In this document: piece by piece, positions 26,360 through 36,529 of the stretch
How the letters are laid out: every line of letters begins with the position of its first letter
How positions within the stretch are numbered: the stretch's first letter is position 1
Assembly (NCBI GenBank): GCA_040394705.1
Contig: JBEBRS010000001.1
Span: forward strand, 1 to 41,646
Direction of reading: 5' to 3'
DNA from: Leadbetterella byssophila
GTDB taxonomy: Bacteria > Bacteroidota > Bacteroidia > Cytophagales > Spirosomataceae
Length of the DNA: 41,646 bases
Position numbers and translations under genes: made by a program
The notes under the pieces: generated by a model
What the model saw: the letters and a program-made list of their open reading frames with translations, nothing else
Database searches by the model: none
What the model was told of the DNA's origin: nothing

Positions 26360-27774
26360 TGAAAGTAGAACAAATCTATACGGGTTGCCTGGCCCAGGGC
26401 GCGTATTACATCAGTAGTGAAGGACAAGCCGCCATCATTGACCCCCTCCGGGAGGTAGCTCCCTACATCCGCAGGGCGGAAAAAGACGGGGCAACCATCC
26501 AATATGTCTTTGAAACGCACTTTCACGCCGACTTCGTCAGCGGCCACCTCGATCTGGCCCGCAAGACGGGAGCAGAAATTATCTACGGCCCTACCGCTCA
26601 GCCGGATTTCAAAGCAAGAATAGCGGAAGACGGGGAGATTTTTACGCTTGGAAAAGTAAAAATAAAGGCCATTCACACCCCGGGCCATACCCTGGAAAGT
26701 ACCTGTTACCTGCTTATCGACGAAAACGGCAAGGAAACGGCGCTCTTTACAGGAGATACCCTTTTTATTGGCGATGTGGGCCGCCCCGACCTGGCCCAGA
26801 AAGTGGCCACCGAACTGACCCAGGAAAAACTTGCGGGCATGTTATACGACTCTCTTCGGACCAAAATAATGCCGCTTCCTGACCATATCACCGTATACCC
26901 GGCCCACGGGGCTGGAAGCGCCTGCGGCAAAAACATGAGCAAGGAAACCTCCGACTCCCTGGGGCATCAGAAAGCCACCAATTACGCACTCCAGCCCATG
27001 GATCAAGCGCAATTTATACGGGAAGTAACCGATGGTCTGCAACCACCCCCGGCGTATTTTCCCGAAAATGTGAGGATGAATGTAAAAGGATACGAAAGCA
27101 TAGACACCGTACTCCACCGGGGAGCCACGCCCCTTAGTCCAGTGGCCTTCGAAACAGCGGCCAACGAAAGCGGCGCCCTTATACTCGACACCCGGAAACC
27201 CCAGGATTTCGCCCGGGGATTTATCCCGAATTCCATTAATATCGGTATCGACGGCAGCTTTGCGCCCTGGGTGGGCGCCCTGATCACCGATATACGCCAG
27301 GAGATCCTGCTCGTCACCGATCCCGGTCGGGAAGAAGAGGTCGTGACCCGCCTGGCTCGTGTGGGTTATGATCATACTTTGGGCTATCTTGAAGGCGGAT
27401 TTGAAGCCTGGAAAGTGGCCGAAAAAGAAACCGATCGTATCGTTTCCATCTCCGCAGGCGAACTGGCCGACCTTCATCGCCAAAATCCGGAAATCGATAT
27501 CCTCGATGTCCGAAAAACCGGAGAATTCCAAGCGGAGCATATCGATGGTGCCGAAAATTTCCCCCTTGATTTCATCAATGAGCATTTCGGTGAACTGGAC
27601 AAAAACCAAAACTATTTCATACATTGTGCGGGAGGATACCGGTCTATGATTTTTGCCTCCATTCTGAAAGCGCGGGGCTTTGAACACGTCACGGATATCC
27701 AGGGTGGATTTAAAGCCATTCAGGAGACCGGCGCGTTTAAACTCACGGATTATGTTTGTCCCACCACCCTCTGA
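26359..27774 (+). CDS. MBL-fold persulfide dioxygenase with tandem rhodanese domains (CstB-like)
   Basis: THFHADFVSG, HTPGHT, TGDTLF, PAHGAGSACG; C-terminal rhodanese HCAGGYRS. Confidence 0.88.
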   Translation: MKVEQIYTGCLAQGAYYISSEGQAAIIDPLREVAPYIRRAEKDGATIQYVFETHFHADFVSGHLDLARKTGAEIIYGPTAQPDFKARIAEDGEIFTLGKVKIKAIHTPGHTLESTCYLLIDENGKETALFTGDTLFIGDVGRPDLAQKVATELTQEKLAGMLYDSLRTKIMPLPDHITVYPAHGAGSACGKNMSKETSDSLGHQKATNYALQPMDQAQFIREVTDGLQPPPAYFPENVRMNVKGYESIDTVLHRGATPLSPVAFETAANESGALILDTRKPQDFARGFIPNSINIGIDGSFAPWVGALITDIRQEILLVTDPGREEEVVTRLARVGYDHTLGYLEGGFEAWKVAEKETDRIVSISAGELADLHRQNPEIDILDVRKTGEFQAEHIDGAENFPLDFINEHFGELDKNQNYFIHCAGGYRSMIFASILKARGFEHVTDIQGGFKAIQETGAFKLTDYVCPTTL

Positions 27775-27785
27775 CAGTACTCTTT

Positions 27786-28328
27786 ATGGCAAATAACTGG
27801 AAAAAACTTTCCACCCACACCGTTTATGAAAACCCCTGGATCGAGGTGCAGCATCATGAAGTCATTAACCCTTCGGGGGGCGAAGGCATTTACGGGCAGG
27901 TCAACTTCAAAAACCTGGCCATTGGGGTGGTGCCCCTGGATGCGGATGAAAATACCTACCTGGTAGGACAGCACCGTTTTCCTATCGATGAATACAGCTG
28001 GGAAATTCCGGAAGGAGGGTGTCCGCACGACGAGGACATCCTGGATTGCGCCAAAAGAGAATTGCTGGAGGAAACCGGCCTGAAGGCCGAAAAATGGACA
28101 CTCATTTCCCGAATTCATACCTCCAATTCGGTTTGCAATGAAACGGGCTTCATTTTCCTGGCAGAAGAGTTAACCCAGGGAAAGGCCGAGCCGGAAGAAA
28201 CGGAGGATCTCACCGTAAAAAAACTACCCCTCCGCGAAGCCTACAGGATGGTGATGGAAAATAAGATTACCGACTCCTTGTCGATTGCCGGTATTCTTAA
28301 AACCATGATTCTCAAAACCCGGCCTTGA
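27786..28328 (+). CDS. NUDIX hydrolase (ADP-ribose pyrophosphatase-like)
   Basis: EIPEGG...AKRELLEETG Nudix box. Confidence 0.92.
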   Translation: MANNWKKLSTHTVYENPWIEVQHHEVINPSGGEGIYGQVNFKNLAIGVVPLDADENTYLVGQHRFPIDEYSWEIPEGGCPHDEDILDCAKRELLEETGLKAEKWTLISRIHTSNSVCNETGFIFLAEELTQGKAEPEETEDLTVKKLPLREAYRMVMENKITDSLSIAGILKTMILKTRP

Positions 28329-28356
28329 CCGGTTTGTCACCGCCCTGGCGGGAAAG

Positions 28357-29130
28357 CTACTGAATATTTTCCAGTCCTTTTATAGACTCAATCGCCCGGT
28401 GGTGCGTGAGATCAAAATGGCAGGGAAAAACAGACACGTAATTATTTTCAAGTGCCCATACATCCGTATCCGTAGCCTGCGGTTCCGAATTGACGTAATG
28501 GCCTCCCATCCAATAGTATGGTCTTCCTCCCGGATCTTTCCGGGCATCGAATTCTTCTTTCCAGTAACCGCGTGTCTGGCGCCCTACTTTTACCCCCCGT
28601 ATGGGCTCACCGGAAGCTTTCGGAAAGTTCACATTCAGCGCGGTATCGGCCGGTAGTCCATCGCTCAACACCCAGGCGGCAATATCACGCACATACTTCC
28701 GGATATGGCCAAAATCGGCGTTATAGTCAAAATCGTCAAGTGAAAAACCAATGGAGGGAATGCCTTCAATCGCCCCTTCTATAGCCGCAGACATGGTTCC
28801 CGAATAAATCACCGAGATAGAAGAGTTGGCGCCGTGGTTTATACCGCTCACCAGCAGGTCAATCTTTCTGCCTTTCAAAAACTCATGTTTTGCCAGTTTT
28901 ACGCAGTCGGCAGGAGTACCTGAACACTCAAAGGAACTGATAGGACCAAAGATTGGCGACTTTTTAATGTGCAGTGTACTGGCTACCGTAATCGCATGTC
29001 CCATACCGGAATTCGGACTATCCGGGGCAAGCACAAATACTTCTCCCAGCTCCGACATTTCTTCAATCAGTACTTTTATTCCTTTCGAGGTGATTCCGTC
29101 ATCGTTCGTCACTAAAATCAGAGGCTTCAT
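28357..29130 (-). CDS. surE: 5'/3'-nucleotidase SurE
   Basis: LVTNDDG, GTPADCV, SGINHGAN and YSGT motifs. Confidence 0.96.
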   Translation of the reverse strand: MKPLILVTNDDGITSKGIKVLIEEMSELGEVFVLAPDSPNSGMGHAITVASTLHIKKSPIFGPISSFECSGTPADCVKLAKHEFLKGRKIDLLVSGINHGANSSISVIYSGTMSAAIEGAIEGIPSIGFSLDDFDYNADFGHIRKYVRDIAAWVLSDGLPADTALNVNFPKASGEPIRGVKVGRQTRGYWKEEFDARKDPGGRPYYWMGGHYVNSEPQATDTDVWALENNYVSVFPCHFDLTHHRAIESIKGLENIQ

Positions 29131-29246
29131 GTTGAATTATATTGTAGTTTAGAGGCAAAAGTACGGAATCCTGCCAGCATTGATGTAAAGAAACTTTTAT
29201 TTCTTCCCGCCCTTAAGTTATCTTTGTACACCTTTTATTAGAACAC

Positions 29247-29876
29247 ATGCATATCGCCATTACGGGCAACATTGGCGCGGGGAAGACCACGCTGGCCGAA
29301 AAGTTGGCCGAACATTACGGATGGGAAGTTTATTATGAGGCGGTAGATGGGAATCCTTACCTCGCCCCTTTTTACGACAACATGCCCCTCTGGTCTTTTC
29401 ACCTCCAGATCTTTTTTCTGAACACCCGTTTTGAACAGGTAATGAAGATCAAGGAACAGGAGGAAAAAACCATTATCCAGGACCGTACCATTTACGAAGA
29501 CGCGTACATCTTCGCGCAGAATCTTTACGACAGCGGTCAGATGAACGAGGTAGATTTCAACACCTACCGCAGCCTGTTCAACACCATTATGCGGGCCATT
29601 ACACCGCCCGATCTGATGATCTATCTGAAAGCCGACCTTCCGCGGCTTCAGAAAGGAATCCGGAAAAGGGGGCGGGAATACGAACAAAACATGGATCCCG
29701 AATACCTCCTGGGCCTTAATCAACTTTATCAGCGCTTCGCTAACCGGTATCATCATGGGAAATTCCTGGAAATCGACGTCAATCACCTCGATTTCGTAGA
29801 AAATGCCGCTGATTTTAAAAAAATCACCGATCTGCTCGAAAAAACCATCAATATCGGTACCCAGTTGAAGATTTAA
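29247..29876 (+). CDS. Deoxynucleoside kinase
   Basis: GNIGAGKTT, NPYL, QDRTIYED and RGREYE motifs; TATCTTTG box at 29219-26. Confidence 0.93.
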   Translation: MHIAITGNIGAGKTTLAEKLAEHYGWEVYYEAVDGNPYLAPFYDNMPLWSFHLQIFFLNTRFEQVMKIKEQEEKTIIQDRTIYEDAYIFAQNLYDSGQMNEVDFNTYRSLFNTIMRAITPPDLMIYLKADLPRLQKGIRKRGREYEQNMDPEYLLGLNQLYQRFANRYHHGKFLEIDVNHLDFVENAADFKKITDLLEKTINIGTQLKI

Positions 29877-29960
29877 CTTTATTTATAATTTTGCCTTCTT
29901 ATATATTGAATGCTATTTAGTTATTTTGTCCAAATTTCTTTCGAATAATCTATTTTACTT

Positions 29961-32948
29961 ATGAGTTTTAATAAACTGAATAACCTGGTAGGCTGGTTTG
30001 CGTTTCTTGTGTCCCTGGTTACTTTTACCCTGACGGTAGAACCTACCGCCAGTTTCTGGGACTGCGGCGAGTTCATTGCCTGTGCCTTCAAATTGCAGGT
30101 ACCGCACCCAGCAGGAGCGCCCTTTTTCCTGCTAATCGGACGAATATTTTCCCTTTTGGCCGGTTCAGACGTCTCCCAGGTAGCCTTCCTGGTGAATATG
30201 GTTTCCGTGCTTGCCAGCGCCTTTACCATACTTTTCCTTTTCTGGACCATCTCCATGATTGCCCGAAAAGTGATCAACAAGCCGGATAACGAACTCGACA
30301 CCACCGATACCCTCCTTGTTCTCGGTTCGGCATTGGTTGGATCGCTTGCCTATAATTTCTCCGAATCTTTCTGGTTTTCAGCCGTAGAAGCAGAAGTATA
30401 CGGGATGTCGTCTTTCTTTACCGCCATCGTGGTATGGGCGGCCTTCAAATGGGAAAGAATCGAAGACTCCGCCGCGCAAAACCGCTGGCTGATCTTTCTA
30501 TCCTACCTGGTAGGCGTTTCCATCGGCGTACACCTGCTGAACCTGGTTACTATTCCCGCCCTGGCCCTCCTGTATTATTTCAAGAAACAGGAAAAACCAA
30601 CACTGACAGGAGGTTTTATCGCTTTTATTGTGGGTATGGTCATATTGGGCATTATCAACGTAGGCGTCATTACCGGTATTCCTTCCATCAGTTTTGCTTT
30701 TGATAAATTATTTGTCAACAGCTTCGGAATGCCTTTCGGGTCCGGGATGATCTTTTTTATCATCGTCCTCATCGCCAGCCTCGTTTACGGTATCTACTAT
30801 ACCCACAAGAAAGGGAAAACCATGCAGAATACCGTACTGATCGCCTTCTCCTTTATCCTGATCGGTTTTTCTTCCTATACCATCGCGTTGATCCGTTCCA
30901 ATTTTAATCCTCCCTTAAACGAAAACAATCCGAGCGACGTACTGAACTTTACGTCTTACCTTAAAAGGGAGCAATACGGCTCACGGCCCCTGCTCTACGG
31001 CCCGGTGTTTTCGGCCCAGCTTACCGATATCAAACGCGGAACGCCCAATTACAAGCACGGGGAGAAAAAATACGAAATTTACGATTACAACCCGGAATAT
31101 GTCTGGGACAGCAAAGGCAAAATGCTTCTGCCTCGTCTCTGGAGCCAGGATCCGGGCCACATTGCTCTTTACCGTGCCAAATTAAATCTTCCGGAAGGGA
31201 AAAACCCCAGCTTTGGCGACAACCTCCGGTTTATGTTTTCGCACCAGTTCGGCCACATGTACTGGCGTTATTTTATGTGGAATTTCTGGGGACGCTCTTC
31301 CGATATCCAGGATTCCGGCATGACCAATATTTTTGAGTCCAAAGCCTCATTGCCCGCCTCTCTGTCGGCCAACAAAGCCCGGACCAACTACTTCGGCATT
31401 CCTCTCCTCCTGGGCATAGCAGGATTCCTGTTTCTCTATTTCCGGAAAGAAAAAGATGCGATCGTCACCTTCCTGATGTTCTTCCTGACGGGACTGGCCC
31501 TGGTGGTCTACCTCAACTCCCCACCAGTAGAACCCCGGGAAAGGGATTATATCTACGCGGGATCCTTTTATTTCTATGCCATCTGGATAGGTTTGGGTGT
31601 AATGGCTATTGCCCATTATGCGTTGAAATTTTTAAAAACCGGAACCGCCCGCGCAGGTGCAGCCACGCTACTCGGATTAACCGCCCCCGTCATTATGGGC
31701 GCATCGGGATGGGAAGGCCATGACCGCACCGGCCGGGTCCACCAGATCGACTTTGCCCGGAATATGCTGGCCAGTTGTGCACAAAACGCCATTCTTTTCA
31801 CCGGCGGAGATAACGACACCTTCCCGCTCTGGTATGTGCAGGAAGTAGAAGGCTTCAGAACCGATGTACGCGTATGTAACCTCAGCCTATTGGGTACCGA
31901 CTGGTATATTGACCAGATGAAACGCAAAACCTACGAATCGGAAGCGTTACCCATCTCTCTGAGTTCAGAAAATTATTACAAGGGCATCAATGACCATATC
32001 CCGTATGTGGCCAATCCCAGTCCGCAGATCAAGGCGGGCATTGACCTCCGCGAATACCTGAACCTGATCCGCCGGAAAGACCCGGCCATTCAGCGGGTAG
32101 TAAGCAACGGAGACATCATCAATATCCTCCCTTCTGCCAACCTGTTTTTCTCTCAGAATGCAGAGGAAATCGCCATGCTTCCTTTTGTGCAGGAAGAACA
32201 GAAATCGCTCATCTCCGACCGCTTCGAGTGGAACTTCGGCGAACGGGATATCCTGAAAAACGACCTGATCGTTCTTGATATCATCGCGCAGAACAACTGG
32301 CAGCGTCCCGTGTATTTCGGAGGCACCCTACCCCAAAACCAATACATCGGACTAAAAGAGTTCATGCAATTGGAAGGGTACGCCTACCGCCTGATGCCTT
32401 ACAAGATAGAAGGAGCCAAAGACGGTTTTGTAAATTCCACCCTGTTGAAAGAGAACCTCTTTACCAAAATGGAATGGACCAACCTCGACAATCCCGATGT
32501 GTATTACGACACGGAGTCGTTTAGAGTACCGTTTATTACGGCACGTTACGCTTTCCTTCGCCTGGCCGACGAGTTTTTAAGGGAAGGCAACAAAAAAGAG
32601 GCCGAAGAAGTATTGGACAAAGTACTGGAATTGATGCCTGACGCCTCTGTTCCTTTTGATCAGCTGGTTACTAATTTCCCTATTTTCTACTATGAAATAG
32701 GAAATACACAGAAAGCGACTGCCCTGGCAGACCAGATTGTAACCAAAGCCGATGAAGAGCTGAAATATTTTGGTGACAAGTTCCGAAGATCGGGTGACCG
32801 ACAATGGGGCGATGACAATATTCGTCAAACGGTACAATCCAATATGCGCACTATTCAGCTGCTTTATTCTGCCGCAGAGCAATACGACAAACCCGCTGCG
32901 GAACGATATAAAAAGATTTACGAGGATAATCTGGCAAGAATACAATAA
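29961..32948 (+). CDS. DUF2723/TMEM260-like GT-C membrane glycosyltransferase
   Basis: SFWDCGEFI, VPHPAGAP, AVEAEVY, PRERDY and GDNDTFPLWY motifs, many TM, helical C-terminus; TAATTTTG box at 29886-93. Confidence 0.88.
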   Translation: MSFNKLNNLVGWFAFLVSLVTFTLTVEPTASFWDCGEFIACAFKLQVPHPAGAPFFLLIGRIFSLLAGSDVSQVAFLVNMVSVLASAFTILFLFWTISMIARKVINKPDNELDTTDTLLVLGSALVGSLAYNFSESFWFSAVEAEVYGMSSFFTAIVVWAAFKWERIEDSAAQNRWLIFLSYLVGVSIGVHLLNLVTIPALALLYYFKKQEKPTLTGGFIAFIVGMVILGIINVGVITGIPSISFAFDKLFVNSFGMPFGSGMIFFIIVLIASLVYGIYYTHKKGKTMQNTVLIAFSFILIGFSSYTIALIRSNFNPPLNENNPSDVLNFTSYLKREQYGSRPLLYGPVFSAQLTDIKRGTPNYKHGEKKYEIYDYNPEYVWDSKGKMLLPRLWSQDPGHIALYRAKLNLPEGKNPSFGDNLRFMFSHQFGHMYWRYFMWNFWGRSSDIQDSGMTNIFESKASLPASLSANKARTNYFGIPLLLGIAGFLFLYFRKEKDAIVTFLMFFLTGLALVVYLNSPPVEPRERDYIYAGSFYFYAIWIGLGVMAIAHYALKFLKTGTARAGAATLLGLTAPVIMGASGWEGHDRTGRVHQIDFARNMLASCAQNAILFTGGDNDTFPLWYVQEVEGFRTDVRVCNLSLLGTDWYIDQMKRKTYESEALPISLSSENYYKGINDHIPYVANPSPQIKAGIDLREYLNLIRRKDPAIQRVVSNGDIINILPSANLFFSQNAEEIAMLPFVQEEQKSLISDRFEWNFGERDILKNDLIVLDIIAQNNWQRPVYFGGTLPQNQYIGLKEFMQLEGYAYRLMPYKIEGAKDGFVNSTLLKENLFTKMEWTNLDNPDVYYDTESFRVPFITARYAFLRLADEFLREGNKKEAEEVLDKVLELMPDASVPFDQLVTNFPIFYYEIGNTQKATALADQIVTKADEELKYFGDKFRRSGDRQWGDDNIRQTVQSNMRTIQLLYSAAEQYDKPAAERYKKIYEDNLARIQ

Positions 32949-32955
32949 TATCCGT

Positions 32956-32984
32956 CAAAAGAAGGCCTGGGCGGCCTTCTTTTG
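32956..32984. terminator. Rho-independent terminator, potentially bidirectional
   Basis: CAAAAGAAGGCC-TGGGC-GGCCTTCTTTTG perfect 12-bp stem directly after the stop codon. Confidence 0.85.
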
Positions 32985-33027
32985 GTTTTCCATCATTCCT
33001 CCTCTATCTTTGGGAAATTTTTTCTAA

Positions 33028-34323
33028 ATGCGGTTTCTGATCAACTCATTCGTAAAAAACAGGGATGCGGTGGCTCTGGCGATTTTCTTCGGCGGGGTAC
33101 CCACCATCTATTTTTTACGCGACGGGTTGGGGCTTGCTCCCGGAAATACCCTGTTTTCCATAGGCCTCATTTTTATGCCATTTGCCCTTACCATTCCGTT
33201 CAAGGACTTCCGGTATTTTGACAGCCCGAACCGGGTGGCTTTTCCGCTCATGTGCTGGCTGCTCATGTACATGTTCGCCTACTTCTACCTGAAAGACCGG
33301 TACTATTTTACCGTGAGTCTGTACACGGAGCTCCTTACGTTTTTGATCATTGGCTTTATGGCTTTTACCCTGGTTTTTATGCGAAACCAGGCCATCGGGA
33401 AGCCTTTTATTTACTTGGCGGTTTTGGGAGTAACGGTCAGTGCGGCCTCCTTGGTCTATTATATCAGCCAGAACCCGTTTTATGTGCTGGGGCAGAGGGC
33501 TGCCTTCGGTTACGGTAGCGATATGGGCGTAGGAAACCCTCATATTAATTCCAAAGTGGCATTCTTTGGCATCATCCTGGGCGTACTTTGTCTCAAATAC
33601 TACAAGACCATCAAGCTGGGGCTGATTTTTCCCCTGGCCCTGATTCTCCTCAATATCGTCATCCTTTTCCTGACCCAGACCATGCTGGCATTTCTGGCCA
33701 CCTTTACCTTTGCCGCCCTGTTCCTGGTCTTTAACCTTTCCTTCTCCAGTACCGTAAGCACCTTTCGCCTGTTCTTCTCCAAATGGTATATCGTGGCCCT
33801 GGTGATCCTAGGCTTTGCCGGGCTGAGTTACCAGATGAACAAGAATCAGAAACTTCTTGACCCGGCTTTCAACTATTTTAACAGCCGCATTGAAGGAATC
33901 AAGAAATCACTTCTGGAAACTACCGAAAACAAAAATATTCGGGTGAGAGAAACGGGAGATGACTCGGCCAACACCCGGATCACCCATATCCAGGGAGTAT
34001 TTGAGCGCCTGGAAGAAAGCTTCAATGAAGGTAACTACCAGTATGTCTTGTTCGGACAAGGATATAAATTCATGTATGTAGATGTGCCGCATCTCGAAAT
34101 GCTGGACTCTTTCGGCATTACCGGCTTTATTTTCTTCTCCATTATTTTTTTTCGCCTGGTGCTGATGTGCATCCGGGAAATGCGTAACCCCGAAAGTATA
34201 GGTACGGAGTTCCTGGCCTACGCTTTTGTCTATTTCTTTTTTGCCAACTTTACCGCGGGCCAGATGCTGGATTATACCCGGTTTGCAACCTTGTTTATCT
34301 TTTGCCGCTTCTTGAAAAAATAG
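33028..34323 (+). CDS. O-antigen ligase/polymerase (Wzy/WaaL)-like membrane protein
   Basis: About 11 TM with a large late loop (DDSANTRI...FGQGY...H...FGITG); own TATCTTTG box at 33005-12; next to a GT4 gene. Confidence 0.6.
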   Translation: MRFLINSFVKNRDAVALAIFFGGVPTIYFLRDGLGLAPGNTLFSIGLIFMPFALTIPFKDFRYFDSPNRVAFPLMCWLLMYMFAYFYLKDRYYFTVSLYTELLTFLIIGFMAFTLVFMRNQAIGKPFIYLAVLGVTVSAASLVYYISQNPFYVLGQRAAFGYGSDMGVGNPHINSKVAFFGIILGVLCLKYYKTIKLGLIFPLALILLNIVILFLTQTMLAFLATFTFAALFLVFNLSFSSTVSTFRLFFSKWYIVALVILGFAGLSYQMNKNQKLLDPAFNYFNSRIEGIKKSLLETTENKNIRVRETGDDSANTRITHIQGVFERLEESFNEGNYQYVLFGQGYKFMYVDVPHLEMLDSFGITGFIFFSIIFFRLVLMCIREMRNPESIGTEFLAYAFVYFFFANFTAGQMLDYTRFATLFIFCRFLKK

Positions 34324-34324
34324 T

Positions 34325-35446
34325 TTGAAAACACTTGTCATTCATAATACCCTGTGGGCACATTACAAGTCGGTTCTCTTTGAAGAGATTCAGAAGCAGA
34401 CCACCGCGCCCCATGAATTTCATGTGCTTCAGATTGCGCGAAGTGAGGTTTCCCGCAAAGGCATGGAGGGGGCGGAGACCCGCTACCGTTACGCTTACAC
34501 CCTGCTGTTTGATGATTTTATCGAACATGTTCCGGCCATCAAAGAGATCTGGGCGGTTTTGAAGTTCATTTACCGTTACCGGCCTGACATCATCAACGTC
34601 ACCGGCTATGCTTCGTCTGCCTCCACTCTTCCGGCCATCCTGTTCGGTCGCCTCCTGGGCAAAAAAGTCATCATGTCCAGCGAATCTACCCGGAAAGACA
34701 AAACACGGTCTTTTATCAAGGAATCCATCAAGCGCCTGGCGGTAAAACTTTGTTCCGGCTTTGTGGTATTCGGACGATCCTCCGAAGAATACCTCCTGGA
34801 TCTGGGTGCCTCCCCGGAACAGATTCTGGTGCGGAAAGCCGCCGTGGTAGATAACCGGGCCATAGAAGAAGAATATCACCAGGCACTAAGCCAGCAGCTT
34901 TTCCCGGAAATACATACGGCAAAAAATTTTATTTATACGGGAAGACTGGCACCGGAAAAGAATATCCCTTTACTGATCAAAGCATTCCAGGAATTGAAAC
35001 CCAAAGACTGGGGACTTATCCTGGTAGGAAACGGACCCGAAAGTGGTACCGTTAAAAAGAGCATAGCCGAAGCGCCTGAAAATATTTATCTGTACGACGC
35101 CGTCAGCTGGACCCAGGTACCCCGTTTCTTTTCCCGCGCCGAGTGTTTTGTACTTCCCAGCAACTCCGAACCCTGGGGACTGGTGATAAATGAGGCGATG
35201 GTTTGCGGACTCACGGTGATTGTTTCAGAGGCCTGCGGATGCGTACCTGATCTGGTCCACGGAAACGGTTACGCGGTTCCGCCCAACGACCTCCATGCAC
35301 TTAAAAAAAGTATGGCGGCGCTTATCTCGGAAGAAGATCCCGGTAAAATGCGGCAACGCTCCCTGGAAATCATCCAAAACTTCACGGTGCAGTCGGTAGC
35401 GGCTTCCTATGTAGCCGCGCTTCAGCAACTTCAGGAACCGGCCTGA
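34325..35446 (+). CDS. Family 4 glycosyltransferase
   Basis: GRLAPEKN and FVLPSNSEPWGLVINEAM (EX7E) motifs; TTG start. Confidence 0.93.
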   Translation: MKTLVIHNTLWAHYKSVLFEEIQKQTTAPHEFHVLQIARSEVSRKGMEGAETRYRYAYTLLFDDFIEHVPAIKEIWAVLKFIYRYRPDIINVTGYASSASTLPAILFGRLLGKKVIMSSESTRKDKTRSFIKESIKRLAVKLCSGFVVFGRSSEEYLLDLGASPEQILVRKAAVVDNRAIEEEYHQALSQQLFPEIHTAKNFIYTGRLAPEKNIPLLIKAFQELKPKDWGLILVGNGPESGTVKKSIAEAPENIYLYDAVSWTQVPRFFSRAECFVLPSNSEPWGLVINEAMVCGLTVIVSEACGCVPDLVHGNGYAVPPNDLHALKKSMAALISEEDPGKMRQRSLEIIQNFTVQSVAASYVAALQQLQEPA

Positions 35447-36366
35447 AACTCCGCAATCTGGCGGCACAGTACTTCATTGATTTTCCGGTAAGATTCGCGG
35501 CTCCAGCCAGCCACATGAGGCGTAAGAATTACCCGGGGGTGCGTTTTCAGAAAATCAAACGCCTCCTGCTGCTCTTCTGTCATCGTAGCCAGTTTTTCGT
35601 TTTCAAGCACATCCAGACAGGCCCCCAACACTTTGCCGGAACGAATAGCCTGTACCAGATCGGACTGGCCCATGATTTCTCCCCGTGCTACGTTGCAGAA
35701 ATACACGGGATGTTGAAAACGATTAAAAAAGTCGGCATTCGCCCACCCGCGGGTTTCGGCCGTCAGGGGGATATGCAGGGATACTACCTCCGCCTCCCTG
35801 AAAATAGTATCCAGCGTCACTTCTTCAATACCATGGGAAGCCCATCCGGTCTTATACTTGTCGTACACCAGCACACGGCAGCCGAATGCCGAGAACCGCG
35901 CGGCAGAGGCGCTACCGTTGTGGCCATACCCTATAATACCTACGGTTTTTCCCTGCAATTCTTCTCCCCGGTTTGCTTCCCTTAACCATTTTCCCTGCCT
36001 GATCTCCTCCCCTGAAGTGTGGATGCGATTAAAGAGACTCAGAATCATCCCGAGTAAATGTTCGGCTACCGCTACACGATTGGCCTCGTTCGCGGCAAAA
36101 ACCCGGATATTTCTCCGCTCACAGGCCACCAGGTCAATCAGGTCAAGTCCGGCGCCGGCGCGGGCGATAAACTTCAATCGCGGGGCTTTCGCCAGGAAAG
36201 CATCGTCAATAAAAAACTTACTTCGAATCAGGAGTCCGTCGTACCGGTCTATAACCGCTTCCGTTTCCTGACGGCCGAAGGTATAAAAATAGTCGGCCTC
36301 AACCCCCATTCCGGCCAGTAGAGGCAGGAGGGAGTCATGCATTTCGTCTACGATAAGTACTTTCAT
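35431..36366 (-). CDS. D-2-hydroxyacid dehydrogenase (SerA-like, no ACT domain)
   Basis: RAGAGLD, GIIGYGHNG, NVARG, LDVLENE and TPHVAG motifs. Confidence 0.9.
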   Translation of the reverse strand: MKVLIVDEMHDSLLPLLAGMGVEADYFYTFGRQETEAVIDRYDGLLIRSKFFIDDAFLAKAPRLKFIARAGAGLDLIDLVACERRNIRVFAANEANRVAVAEHLLGMILSLFNRIHTSGEEIRQGKWLREANRGEELQGKTVGIIGYGHNGSASAARFSAFGCRVLVYDKYKTGWASHGIEEVTLDTIFREAEVVSLHIPLTAETRGWANADFFNRFQHPVYFCNVARGEIMGQSDLVQAIRSGKVLGACLDVLENEKLATMTEEQQEAFDFLKTHPRVILTPHVAGWSRESYRKINEVLCRQIAEFQAGS

Positions 36367-36519
36367 CTGTATAAAATTTTTGCTTTCAGCCTTCAGCTTT
36401 CAGCAGTCAGCCGGGCGACGCTTCGCTTATACATTGGCCGGTTGGTGTGCCGGTTTTCTGATAGCTGAAGGCTCATGGCTATTTCATGTGTATCGAATTA
36501 GCTGTGAGCTGTGAGCTGA
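36367..36519. repeat. Intergenic element with inverted heptamer tracts and a copy of the 14.0-kb leader repeat
   Basis: GCTTTCA-GCCTTCA-GCTTTCA-GCAGTCA at 36382-36409; arm 36388-36403 pairs 15/16 with 36458-36473; AGCTGTG x2 at 36500-13. Confidence 0.8.
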
Positions 36520-36529
36520 ACTTAGTCCT

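Noticed and set aside
28340-28356. CCGCC-CT-GGCGG hairpin as a terminator between the NUDIX gene and surE
   Set aside because: Stem is short, loop too tight and the U-tract weak; not enough support
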